From Dipteris shenzhenensis (Eukaryota), in the NCBI GenBank assembly GCA_047967505.1, contig CM106538.1: a DNA stretch of 64,000 bases; one strand, 5' to 3'. Both the position numbers and the translations under genes were made by a program. The notes beneath the pieces were generated by a model, which made no database searches, was not told the origin of the DNA, and saw only the letters and a program-made list of their open reading frames with translations. Position 1 is the first letter of the stretch; the number at the start of each line of letters is the position of its first letter. Of this stretch, positions 25,965 to 37,800 are shown in pieces.

Positions 25965-28900
25965 AGACACACAAGGGCCCAGGACAACATCGGGCTGGAC
26001 CCCCCCCGAAGGTTTTTATTTATGAAGAGAGAATCTGTTACAAGAGTTCAGTGTAGAGCTGCTGCAACATGCCAAGTGTCAAAATATCTAACTAAAATTT
26101 AGTACATGCCACAAAGGGCAATCTCTAGGGTCTGCGATGTTCCTTGGTCACATGAACATCTTACTGAGATCAACACTCTTGATTATGATTAAGGGGCTTT
26201 GACCAAGGGTCGAGGCGCCTTAATTATAATCAAGTCTCTCGAACCGAAGTTGGCACAACTCTCCAACCGAAGTTGGCACATCTTGGTTAACCGTAGTTAA
26301 TCCTCTTGGCGCATGCCAAGTCTCATTGATCGAAGTCAACACTCTCTAACCATAGTCAACTCTGTGGTTCTCTAGTTAACCACAATTAACCCTCTTGGTA
26401 ATAAACCAAGTCTCCCCGACTGAAATCAAGCTTACTTGACCTGAGTCAAGTATCTTTGACCGTAGTCAATTCTTTGACCATTAAAAGAACTCTTTGACCA
26501 TAATTAACACAAATGAAAACTCTTTAATTATGATCAGATAAATGGTCAACTGTACTTTGACTTAGAATATTTACATTGTGGTGACATCCCCTCGGCTTCT
26601 ATTCAGTTGACCTCAACTGAAAAGCTTCCTTGTAAACATCCAAAAGCTGTGGATGATCAGACAACATGTCTTCATCCATCCACTTGACCGAAATCAGGCT
26701 TACTTGACCAGAGTCAAGTATCTTTGACCATAGTCAATTCTTTGACCATTAAAAGAACTCTTTGACCATAATTAACACAAATGAAAACTCTTTAATTATG
26801 ATCAGATAAATGGTCAACTGTACTTTGACTTAGAATATTTACATTGTGGTGACATCCCCTCGGCTTCTATTCAGTTGACCTCAACTGAAAAGCTTCCTTG
26901 TAAACATCCAAAAGCTGTGGATGATCAGACAACATGTCTTCATCCATCCACTTGGCATCCAATGCCGTGTAATTCTTAAATTTTACAAGATACCTGTAAA
27001 ATTCCTTGCCCTCAGGGCCTTTGCGTACAGTATGGTACACAATCTGCTCTAGTTGAAGGAACTCCTCGAGCTCATCCACTTCTGGTGGATCCTCTGATAT
27101 TGGCTCTGTAGGCTCTGGCCTGAAATTTCTTTAGAAGACTCACATGGAAAGCATTGTAAATCCTCCAATGCTCTGGCAATGCCAACCTATACGCAATCTC
27201 ATTTATTCCTTCTGTAACCCTGAAAGGGCCATAGTATCTAGGAGATAACTTTGCATACACTTTCTATTTGCCTTTAAACTTGCGGAGCCTAGCTTTCTCG
27301 AACTTCAAAAGTACCCAATCCCCTTCCTTGAGATCTAACTGTCTCCTATGCTTATCTGCAACTCTTTTATGCTTTTCTTGAGACAATTCAAATGCTATCT
27401 AAACTTGGCTAAAAGCTGTCTGGAGGTCTCTCACAAACTGATCAGATGCAAAAATTTCATCTTTGGTCCTTAGGATAGGTGGCAGAATCACCTTCCCATC
27501 AATGACCTCAAAAGGAGGCTTTCCCTGTAGAGCTGTGTACTGTATTATTGTAAGCAACTCTACCAAGATTCGTCGTCCCCATATTATTAAATAAAGCTCT
27601 CCAGAATAGACCGGTCATTCTGAGATCTCGATCACTGACAATGGGCTTAGGCATACCATGGTGCTTAAAGATCTATACCATGACAAGCTTAGCCATATGA
27701 TCTGCCTTTATGGTTTTACAAACCGGAATGAAATGAGCTTGCTTGCTGAATCTATCAATGATAATCCAAATCCCATCATTCCCTGAGTTTGATCTTGGCA
27801 AATAAAAAATGAAGTCCATTGCAATACTTTCCCACGGTGCCTGAGGCACGGGAAGAGGCAGAAGTAGGCCAAGCGCCTTCCGTCTATCATACTTCACTTT
27901 CTGACACGTAAGGCATTCAGTAACAAACTGATGTATATCTTTCCGCATCCCTGGCCAAAAGAAATACCTCTCTAGTGCTTGACTTGTTGCTGTAATTCCT
28001 CTATGCCCAGCATAGGGAGGTGCATGGCATTCTTCCAAAATCTTTTTCCTCATCTCTTGGGTGATGCATAAAAAGTCATCTTTCATTAGATACCCATCTT
28101 TCAAGGAATAGTGATTGCCCCTCTTGCATTTGCTGTAAAATCTCACCAAAATCTGCATCATTAGCATATTGCTTCCTCATGTCTTCCAGGTCCTGATGAT
28201 AAGCAATAGTTACATTGTTGACCTGGGGTCTTTGGGACAAGGCATCTGCCACTCTGTTCCAAACTCCCAAAGTATGGACAATCTGAAAATGATACATTGA
28301 CAGCATATTTGCCCATTTCATATGCTTCTCGGAGAGCTTTGTCCGAGTCAAAAAGTAACTCAAACTTTGGTGATCTGTTTTAACAGTAAAATCTGCACCC
28401 AAAAGATAATGCTTCCACGTATGGATGGCATGAATTACAGCCAACAACTCTTTCTCATAGATTCCGAAGTCTCCTACTCTCATAGGCCACTACATGACCA
28501 TTCCGATGCAATGCAGCCCCAACACATTCCCCACAAGCATGACAATCCACCTCGAATGATTGATACAAGTCTGAAACTATTAAGATTGGCTCTGTGGTCA
28601 GCCTCTCTTTGAGTGTGGTGAATGCTGTCTTTTGTGGAATTCCCCGTCTGGAAGCTGCATTTTTCTTAGTAACTGCGCTAGACTTGAGCCTATTGACCTT
28701 TCTCCTTCATCAGAGAACCCGCACAGATTTCTTCCGTCGAAAAAATCATCCGTCAGGCGCTAGAGTATATTAACCATACACGGTCACGGAAGCCTCTTCC
28801 ATCGCCGTTCACAGGCATGTAATTCCCTCCCAAGAACCAGTGCCTGACAACCAATCTGTGTTCGCATGACTTCTCCCTCCGCTTCCCTGTACCTTCACAA

Positions 28901-29160
28901 GGCCTAACCGGCAAAAGCGCCACGCTCACAAGGTCACACACCAATGACAAACAATAGTGCACGATTTCTCTCGGGCCTTTCTCACCTCTGTCACTCACGA
29001 CTCACGAAAGAAAACTTCTCTTTCTGCATACGTGCATTCCCAATGGACCGTGCTCTTTTCAAAAAAAGAGCAGGCCTTGTGCTTTGATACCAATGCAAAA
29101 CGCCGGTGACGTGCTTTTCTTCTCTCTGTGGAAATCTTCTGCAAACACTCTCTCTTGTTT

Positions 29161-29208
<48 letters not shown>

Positions 29209-32200
29209 AAACACACTAGGGCCCAGGACAAACGTCGGGCTGGACCCCCCCCGAAGGTTTTTATTTATGAAGAGAGAATCTGTTACAAGAGTTCAGTGTA
29301 GAGCTACTGCCCAAATTTCAAAACGTGCATTCCTTTTACAAAGAGCTCATGGCTCAATAATTTGGCAACATGCCAAGTGTCAAAATATCTAACTAAGATT
29401 TAGTACATGCCACAAAAGGGCAATCTCTAGGATCTTCGATGTTCCTTGGTCACATGAACATCTTCTGGTCGCTTGCTAAGCTCCTTAGCGCTTGGAAAAT
29501 CAACCCTTCTTGGTACCTGCAACAATTAATTAAAGCGCATCACCATGGCACCCATTAATTGTTAGCGCTTTGCATGCAAATAGCAAACTGCGGACTAATC
29601 TTAGTCACGGTGGGCGTCCCCACTGAACACATAAACGCACAACATAAAACATTTCTCTGATTGACCGAGATCACCCCTCTTGATCATGATTAAGGGGCTT
29701 TGACCAAGGGTCGAGGCGCCTTAATTATAATCAAGTCTCTCCAACCGAAGTTGGCACATCTTGGTTAACCGTAGTTAACCCTCTTGGCGCATGCCAAGTC
29801 TTGTTGACCGAAGTCAACACTCTTTGATTGTAGTCACAGCTCTGTGGTTCTCTGGTTAACCGCAGTTAATCCTCTTGGTAATAAACCAAGTCTCCCCGAC
29901 TGAAATCAGGCTTACTTGACCAGAGTCAAGTATCTTTGACCGTAGTCAATTCTTTGACCATTAAAAGAACTCTTTGACCATAATTAACACAAATGAAAAC
30001 TCTTTAATTATGATCAGATAAATGATCAACTGTACTTTGACTTAGGATATTTACATTGTGGTGACATGATCTCTATGGGCAACGCGACACACACACTAGA
30101 TTCCTATGGATCCGGATCAAGAGCGTGTCTTCGTGAGACAGCTTCGTCACAATTTGCTATTTTTGTCCAAAGAACTCACATTTTGCCAAGGAGCTCCGAA
30201 AGGAGGGTGAAGCATCACCGAATACAGCCCTACACCCTGACATCATGGATTCCTTGAGCTGCGGGGAAGAAGTTCTTCTTAGAGACTTCAACACCAAGAC
30301 TGCAAACTAGCACGTATTAGCCATTGACTTTCAACATGACTTGATCATGTTGCCTAACATTGATCTAGATCAAGAAAGTTCGACGCGGGGAAGAAGTTCT
30401 TCTTAGAGACTTCAACACCAAGACTGCAAACTAGCAGGTATTAGCCATTGACTTTCAACATGACTTCATCATGTTGCCTAACATTGATCTAGATCAAGAA
30501 AGTTCGACGGGCTGACTTATCTTCCGCCGCATGGAGGAGGTTCCAAGGTAGTTGATATTGAACTCGAGCAAAACTTTGCAGGAGTACTCAGCCTTGAGCA
30601 CCCACTGGGAATGTGTCATTCTCACGAGTAAAAACCTCTGAGCAGGTCTTATCCAAGCTTGTTTCTTAAGAGATCTTTAAAATAGTATTTCTTCAGGAAC
30701 ATGGTTTTTGCACTTTTATTTTCACTAGAACTAGATTCCCTTATCATAAAAATGTATAGAATTGTCACTCATTCACTTTCTCACATAAGTAAATTTTCTT
30801 GTTCATAGACATCCTTCGTATTCCTATAATTACCTAACAAGAGTGTTAAAAAAAAAATCTTTAAGAAACATCCCTCACAATCACTCTCAATGTAATAATA
30901 TTTTACATATATAACTACTTATTAAAAAAATTTGTATCAATATGACAATAGCTTCCTAGTGTATCTTGATTCATGTAAAGATTTGTGTAAAAAATAGGCA
31001 TTCCTATAATACTTTACATATTTCTAAGGAAAACTATGTTTTCTTTTCCATTTTTGCCACATTTTACATAGTTGGAAGCTTTTTTGGCCTTTGCTCGGAT
31101 GCTCGCAAGATTTCGCTCAGATGCTGGTTGTTCCCACTCAAGCCTACCACAGAGGCGCATGGCAGAGAGGAAGAGTTCCCTACAGAGGGTGCAGCAAAAC
31201 AGAGCTGGGTACCTTACCTCAGAGGTGGTTTCCAAAGGTGTTGGTACATACGTGGGCAAGTTTTAGTAGTTAAGATTCATCTATATGTATCTTTCTATTT
31301 TGGATATACATCTGAGTACTCTTTCAGATCTTGTCACATGCACCCCTGCACTTGGGTGCAAGGTGACAACTGGCCACATCGACAGTGTAAATAGATCCCT
31401 AATATAGGAGATTTTATCGTATGCCGTGACACATTGTGAGCCCTTGTCAGGGGACAGTCAGGCACGAGCTACGTAGGTCAGTCTCTCAGCCTTAGGTCAA
31501 GTCAGAACTCAAGTCCAAGTGCCCACTGGAGAACAGTAGGTTAGTGTTTCCATCTTAGGGTTTTAGCCACATCTAGGTCTCAGCCTAGGGTAGGGGCCTA
31601 GAAGGGCCCCCAAGGGCTGGACCAAGTAATGGGGGGGGAGCAGCCAAGGAAGGAGCCCCAGAAGGGCCCTAAGGCAGCTCCACAACAAAGGAAATGGGCT
31701 TGGGGGAAGGAAGCTTTTATAAGCTGCCTTCTGCCCCTCCCTAGGCCACTCGGGGGGCTGCATTTATGGCCCAACCAGAAAGACAACCAGCCGACTGGCT
31801 GGTCGGCTATTTCTGGCTGGTTGGGGCCAGCCAACCAGCCCCTCCAGCCCCCTATATAAAGGGGGCCGCCCTCATTCCTCATCCAGCTCCCCTCAATTTC
31901 AGCCTTCCTCTCCAGTCTCAGAGCAGCCTCAAGCCCTCCAAAAATCCCCTGCAAGTCAGCAAGTTCAGCAGTTGTTAGAGTGATTCTAGGAGAGTGCCTA
32001 CGCAGCTCCATAGCCCGGGCTCGGAGTGGAGGTTTGAGGTTTCTGTTTCAGCAGCTTTCTTTCCAATTCTCAGCTCTATCTTCAGCTCTCTTTAGCTCCA
32101 TCTCAGCTTCCACATAGTTCTCTCAAGCTCCATAACTCTCAGATTTCTGGATACTGACAGCCTGATGAGCAGAAGCAGTACCTGCAGAGCACCGTTGTTT

Positions 32201-34302
32201 CCATTGCACCCATATTGCAAGGCATGGAAAGAAAGATTGCCCCAAATGGTTGCCCGAAAAGGCTGTGAAAGAGCTGACTTCTACTGTCGCCACTGATCTG
32301 GCTCTCCCAACCCCGACTGCAAACACAATTTTACCTACTTTGAACGTCATACCCTCGATGGGCTTTGAAGGTCAGAAGGAGGGCAGGCATGCTCGCCGAG
32401 CAAAAGAAGGCCCTCATCAGAGCCTATGGCACAGCTAAGGGCAAAGATTCGTTATCTTATTTGAGTTTAAAAGACGCTATATTTCCTCACCTTACCTTGT
32501 GGGCGTGCCCGCCCCGTGAGTGAGGGTAGCGTAGAGTGAGAGGGCTTGTGTTTGTGGGTGTGCCCACCCCTGTAAGTGTAGGTTTGTGTTGCTTTCCAGT
32601 GCCTCTTGCGGGCCCATGCAATGCCACATTGGCCATGGAGGTTCCCAGGAGAGGTGTGGAGGAGTGTGGCCAGATCTGGCCTAAGGGGCTGCCATGGATG
32701 TGCCCTTATAGGGACCCCAGGTGGGGGCTGGAGAGCAGGGTGGGCCGACCTGCAGAAACCTTGGCTGGGTACAGCCCCCCCCCCCTTTTTTTTTTTTTGG
32801 GAGGGGGGGGGGCTTCTTGTAGGACCATGAGAAGCCCTAGTAGTGGTCGACCCACACATGCAGGTCGGCCCTACAGCAGGGGGTCGGCCACCCTCTAGAC
32901 CAACCGACCAGGCAAGGGGGACTGCCTATATATAGGCCCCCCATTCTCATTGTTCATCATCACTTGGTGGAACAGCAGTTCACTGCAGACGAGCATCTCT
33001 TGGACGGCCTGGCAGAGGAGCAAAGCCATTCCTGTTGTGCACCTGAGGAGCAGGGTAGTGGAGCAGTTCATCCACTCCCTAGTGCTCCCTTCACTTGCTT
33101 GTTGAGTTGTGTGTTCCGAGCTCTCGAGCAACCTGTTGTTTCCGAGGTTTTCTCCTAGTTGTAGCGGGGTTTTCTCCAAAGATCACTTGCAGTTCTCCTG
33201 TGCCTCTCTCTCCTCTCTCTCCTTCTTAGTGTGTGTGTGAGGCGTGCTCTCTCTCTCTCTCTTTCGTTCATTTCCGCCGCACTTCTCACATGGTATCCGA
33301 GCCACAGTTGGCTCGAGACTCGAGGGGGGGAGGGAGTGTTGAGCCAACACAAAGAGAGGAGGATTAGGGTGTTGTTTGAAGGTGTACTATGAGAAACCTG
33401 ATGTTAAGGAACTCAGTTTCAAGTGATCACAAAAGCAGCTTGATTATATTATCGTTGTATATCTATTTTAATGGCATCCAACGGACATGATCTTGAATCA
33501 ACGGGAATACCGAGTCCTAAATCATCTATCTGAATGATATCCGACTATGTAAACTAGAAATCATCACTAGCTATCGGCTTGTAGCACTGCCCTTAAGGCA
33601 GCGGTAGTGGAACGGATTTGAGTTTTCCTTAAGGTCAGTTTTAAGGAGCCGAAAAATACTCCAGCTTTAGTGTCGGAATACATGTCTCTGCTTTTTGCGC
33701 ATGCTTTATCCCCACCTTTTGAGTGTAACCTTCCTTTCATGTGAGTGTTCTGTGCCCTCCTGTCCCCTTCTTCTTAATTCAGCAACTAAAGGAACTAAAA
33801 TCCAACGAATGCCACTCACCGGATACCTCTCGGCATTCAGAGAGTTCCACACTACCGACTTGTCTCCACCCCACTCTACGGATTCCCGTGCCAGCTCTGA
33901 CACCGCGGAGGGAGGCCAGCGGATCAGATCATCGATCGAGTGCCGGGAGAGGCGGGGGGGGAGCTTGTGTAGACTGGCAGGGAGAGGTTTAGGGGCAAGA
34001 TGAGGAGTGGCATCCGGTGGAACGAGGAAGCGCAAGCAAGAGAGGAGTTGGCGGGCAAGGGAGGGGTCGACGGAGGCGGCGTGGTGAGAGCCACCCAGGA
34101 GGGAGAGGAGGCTGGCAGCAGTGGCATGAGAGGAGGAGGGGGGGGAGGAGGAGGAAAGGTGTGCTGAGAGCTTGAGGTGGGCAGGGCGAGGAAGGGAGAG
34201 AGGTTGAGGATGGTGAAGAGAAAGGGGCAGAAATCTGCAAGCTTGAGAAAGCAAAGGCATAAGACACAAGCTCAAGACCATCAAGCACTCGTGCCTTCTC
34301 AT
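19540..34302 (-). CDS. Intact 7-exon gene for a conserved land-plant protein of unknown function (352 aa, signal-peptide-like N-terminus)
   Basis: Exons 34302-33820, 24229-24152, 24040-23898, 23787-23717, 20020-19913, 19818-19726, 19622-19540; all GT-AG, phases consistent, 1059 nt with no internal stop. Motifs [84 protein letters not shown]. Confidence 0.92.
19726..19818 (-). CDS. 7-exon gene, exon 6
   Basis: tgcag|[30 protein letters not shown](D)|gtata. Confidence 0.9.
19913..20020 (-). CDS. 7-exon gene, exon 5
   Basis: tatag|[21 protein letters not shown]...KWLAP(G)|gtatg. Confidence 0.9.
20059..20102. repeat. (CT)22 intronic microsatellite; a (GAT)n tract follows at 20221-20250
   Basis: Directly visible. 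Confidence 0.95.
20445..21895 (+). mobile_element. Truncated or rearranged LINE in intron 4 with A-rich tail
   Basis: ORF1-type [13 protein letters not shown]...GKWAAYRD; zf-RVT region MVAHRGLP...GRCLLC and TIPHCLWGC; poly(A) at about 21882-21892. Confidence 0.75.
21900..22097 (+). mobile_element. LTR 3' end remnant with tRNA-iMet primer-binding site
   Basis: ...CCTACA followed by TGGTATCAGAGC at 22086-22097. Confidence 0.65.
22458..22993 (+). pseudogene. REF/SRPP (rubber elongation factor / lipid-droplet-associated protein, LDAP) family pseudogene, intronless
   Basis: [27 protein letters not shown]; frameshift; [22 protein letters not shown]...HVP; these match REF family motifs LKYL.FV, AKE.SG.LKPGV, GPVY.KF, LL.FVD.KV. 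Confidence 0.8.
23086..23408 (-). repeat. ~320-bp dispersed repeat, copy A (inverted relative to 58277-58621)
   Basis: Reverse complement attagccttctcc...ctaggtatataca aligns closely with 58277-58621. Confidence 0.92.
23717..23787 (-). CDS. 7-exon gene, exon 4
   Basis: ttcag|[23 protein letters not shown](G)|gtgag. Confidence 0.9.
23898..24040 (-). CDS. 7-exon gene, exon 3
   Basis: ccag|[10 protein letters not shown]...NTGRIGI(L)|gtgag. Confidence 0.9.
24152..24229 (-). CDS. 7-exon gene, exon 2
   Basis: tgcag|[26 protein letters not shown]|gt. Confidence 0.9.
25862..26586 (-). repeat. 3' LTR (725 bp, two internal deletions)
   Basis: Same termini as the 5' LTR; lacks blocks of roughly 55 and 200 bp. 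Confidence 0.92.
26867..28560 (-). pseudogene. Pol remnant: RNase H, integrase, chromodomain
   Basis: [36 protein letters not shown]...[43 protein letters not shown]; frameshifted. Confidence 0.93.
29094..30066 (-). repeat. 5' LTR (973 bp)
   Basis: TGTCACCACA...GTTTTGCA on the minus strand, next to the PBS. Confidence 0.93.
31390..32460 (+). mobile_element. Solo or partial LTR related to the LTR at 58775-60726, boundaries approximate
   Basis: Shared motifs in the same order: gggcccccaa.ggctgg, agctttt.ata.gc.gcc, ctcatt.cctcat.cag, cagct.tttccaatt; TATA at about 31853. Confidence 0.6.
32500..33345 (+). mobile_element. LTR followed by closely spaced PBS and PPT (TRIM-like or deleted element)
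   Basis: TATA at about 32927, LTR end CTCACA at 33290, TGGTATCCGAGC at 33291-33302, purine tract at 33322-33336, then TG. Confidence 0.6.
33820..34302 (-). CDS. 7-exon gene, exon 1 (161 codons)
   Basis: [14 protein letters not shown]...NAERYP then donor GTGAGT, phase 0. Confidence 0.88.
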
Positions 34303-34849
34303 TCTTTCAGAATTGAGCCTTCTGAGTTCTCATTCTTTCAGAATTGAACACAACAGAATGATTGTGCAAGGATGCTCTTGGTAGCCTCGTGGTCAACGCT
34401 CGAGTGTTAGGGATCCCACTAAGAGGGCCTCCCGGGCCCTTCCCGCATCGCGCGTCTACCGAGGCTTGGGAGGCCGCCGCTGATTCGCCTGAGCATCCCA
34501 GGATGTCTGCCGAGCAATATACTGCATACCCTGATGAAACTTTGCAGCCTTTCTCAACAAATGGCATGGACGTGGGAACGATCTCATCCAATCAATGTCT
34601 TTGAGCATTGGAATGCTCAACTGCATGCCTACAAACAGCCTTGCTGGGCTAGCTGTCTAAATGCTAGAAAAATATATCTCCAGCATTGCTATCACCCATG
34701 GGGATGCAATTATTCCATGCTAGTGGGGCTGGCATGTATGCGTGGGGAAACCCTCTAACGCCTTGCCTTTTGGAATGTTATTGTAGGTAACTCGATAAAT
34801 ATTTCCAATAACTTGTAAAAGGGAATGAAAGGTGTAAATTGAAAGGAAA

Positions 34850-37800
34850 AGGAAAGAAAAAAAATCAAGTGAACATGAATGAATATGGGGAAAGGTCGAT
34901 GAGTGAAAAGAGAGGAGAGAAAAGAGGTGAAAGAGGGGATGGACCATTAAATATGAGTGGAGACGGTCGATCAGTTGAAGGCTCGACAAAACTGAGGAGC
35001 GCATGGTCGACACGCGGCAGGAGCATGCAGGGGGTTGAGGGTTTCATTGAAGCGACCCCGGAGAAAACTTGTGACAATACCTCAATCTTGTTCAAAGGCC
35101 ATGAGGAGGACGTTGCTCCGTAGACACCAAGTGACATAACCAAGAACGCAGCGCATGCTTCAAAGGAACCGGTTGATGTTGGAAGGCCATCATACGTCAA
35201 AGTGCTTACAAAGAAGCTTCAAGGAGGGTTCTCTCCAGGAGGAGATCAAACGAGTCTTGTTGGCAGAGACGACTAGAAGAGTTAAGGAAGCTGAGTGAAA
35301 CCATGGTTCGAGGCAAGCAGGAAGCATGGTGGAGGAAGTCCCAGCCCGCGAGCTTGAGAAACTTTGCAGAGGAGGGCTCTGCCTCTTTTTTATCGGAAGA
35401 ATCCTCTCATAGCTGGACGAGCTATGTAAGTTCATGCTCTACGAATGCAAGCTCAGAGGAAATTGCTATTCAACAAGGTTCTTGGGCAGAGGGTTTTTTC
35501 TGCTACAATGCATCTGTGAGGCAATACAAAACGAGCTCGTTGGCAGAGCTTTCTAATTTCCCAGGGCTCCGGTCTTGGTGCTTTCATGGACTCCAGACTT
35601 TAGTGTTGATTGTTTCTTGCTCCACAACTGCCCGGTGTGGGTAAAGTTTACGAATCTCCCACCGTGGTTGTGCAACAAACTCGAAAAGGTGGCAACCACG
35701 TTGGGTAAGGTGCTCCAACTGCCCCCGGCATCTCTTCCCCTAGAAGGCAAAAGGAATGTATGGATCTAATGGGGTGGGACCCAACCGCCTCTAGACTTCT
35801 TGGAAATCAGGTTTTTGGATGGATCATCATTTGCACAGCAAGTCAAGTTTATCCCCTTTCGATATGCTTGCCATGTATGCAAGTATCTGGGACACTTTAC
35901 CGAAAACTACCCACTCAAACAGGTGAATACTGTGCTCACCTTGGGTGACAAGATGGATGATGTGGAGGTCCCAAAGGATGATGGTCTAGCTGATCAGATA
36001 AAAAAGTAGGAGATGGACAAATAGAGGACCGATACTTTGTCAAAGCATCCTCACACGAGCCAGAGCGATACCGGCGATGCCTCTTCTAGTGTTCAGGTCC
36101 TATCCCAAAGTTTGGATGAATGGAGAACCATGGGGAAGAAAGGAAGGTCAAAGCCTGAGAAGCAGGAGTCCATGAATTCCAAGCATGCCAAAGGTGATCA
36201 AATTTTGCTACTTCCAGGTACGGCATCTAACCTCCTGAGAGCAAATGGATTTTACCTGGCTGTTGAGGTCGATGAGTCGGCACCGGAGGTCGCCCCTCCT
36301 GATGGTGGCGAAACCAAAGAGGAGGATATGCCAGAAGCAAATCATCATAAGCGAATGTCTGAGGAAAAGGGTAAACAGAAAGCGAAGGGTAAGTCTGATC
36401 TTAGTGTGCAGCCCGCAGGCTAGGACCCTGTCAAAATGCATCAAAGAGGTGGCAAGGGGTGCAAGTACTGGGAGGCAGAACCAGTTCAATTTTTTTAAAA
36501 GATGCCTATAAGGCTTTCACACATTAGTGATACGGTGGGGGGAGTAGTAAAGTTCTGTGGTCCAGTGTCTCTGTAATGTCATGGAATGTTAGGAGTTGCT
36601 ATAGTCGAGTGAAATAGAAAGGTTGTCTGTCTATTGTGAGAAGGCTCAAATTGAGTGTGGTCCTGCTCAAAGAAGTGAAATGTGGATGCGAAGATAGTTG
36701 GTGGATAGCTTTTGACCTACATGGTGTTTTCTAATTGCCCTAGAAGAGGGAGAGGGGTTGTGGCAATCCTAGCTCTCAAAACCTTACAGCCTAAGGAACT
36801 ATTCAGAAATGAGGAGGGGTGGGTGATAGGAATTACAATCTCTAGGATGGGTTCGAGTTTAGAATTGCTTCAGTTTATGCCCCCAATTCATCACAAGAAA
36901 GAATCAATTGCTAGCATTACTTGATTGTTGTTCTAGTGGAAGACCACTTGCTATTAGGAGGCGACTAGGATTGCATAGAGAGCTCACAAGATAGATCCCA
37001 TTCAGGCGCAGTGATCTCAGGAGCGAAATGTGAGGCGTGGGAAGAGCTATGTGTAGGTCATAGTTTGGTGGATGTTGCGGAACTAATTACCGATGGTCTA
37101 TCGCATTTCACCTAGAGTAGCAGGAGAAGACGTGAAAGTTTTGAGGACGTAGTCTAGATAGATTTTACATATCAGAGGATGCATGGTGGATGGAGGCCCC
37201 ATTTTAAGGCGGGGTGTGTGGCATCCACTGCACTTTTAGATCATGTGTCGGTCATGTGGAAATTCTTTGTGCCATGCAAGGTGGATAGATCCAAGGATAT
37301 TCCTATTAAATTTAATTAGAGGTTGCTAGGTTCTAAGGAGTTGTGCAAGACAATAAGGAAACATTGGCGACAAGTGGCGACATCCATTGATGAGCCGTAT
37401 TTGCACTTGGATATGGCCATTCGAAGCATCCTCCAGGTCGTAAAAGAGGCGGACTTCCAGTACAAGGCAAAGGAGAAGGTATGATGGACTTCCCTCTTGC
37501 AGGTCCGTGAATCCATGAGAGCTGCAATCACTAAAGCGCTTAAGGACCCGTTCATGGCAATAGTCCTAATGGAGATGGATGTGACCATTCATGAACTGTA
37601 AATGCTAGCAGAACAGGCACGCATGAAGAGTAGGCAATTATGGCTAGCCTTGGGAGATTGCGCATTGAAAGCCTTCTTTCGGTCCAGAAAAATGAACCAG
37701 TAGAGAGAATTGATCAATCAGGTGGAGGATGCACAACGCAATCTAAAGACTGAGTTTTGGCATGTGGCGGCCCTCTTTCAGCAGGAATTAAGTGCCATAG

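Larger units (their letters stand above)
25862..30066 (-). mobile_element. Internally deleted Ty3/gypsy chromovirus with both LTRs
   Basis: TG...CA LTRs at 29094-30066 (5') and 25862-26586 (3'); TSD TGATC at 25857-25861 and 30067-30071; PBS TGGTATCAAAGC at 29081-29092; PPT AGAAGCCGAGGGGA. Confidence 0.96.
25400..30530 (+). mobile_element. Decayed LINE AP-endonuclease region (RTE-like), split by the LTR insertion at 25862-30066
   Basis: TVWNCNG and FYTET left of the insertion; [13 protein letters not shown] (GDFN motif) right of it; 124-bp tandem duplication at 30261/30385. Confidence 0.65.

Noticed and set aside
34297-34349. 21-bp direct repeat at the start codon of the 7-exon gene as a regulatory element
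   Set aside because: Real small duplication creating a second upstream ATG context, but nothing supports a function
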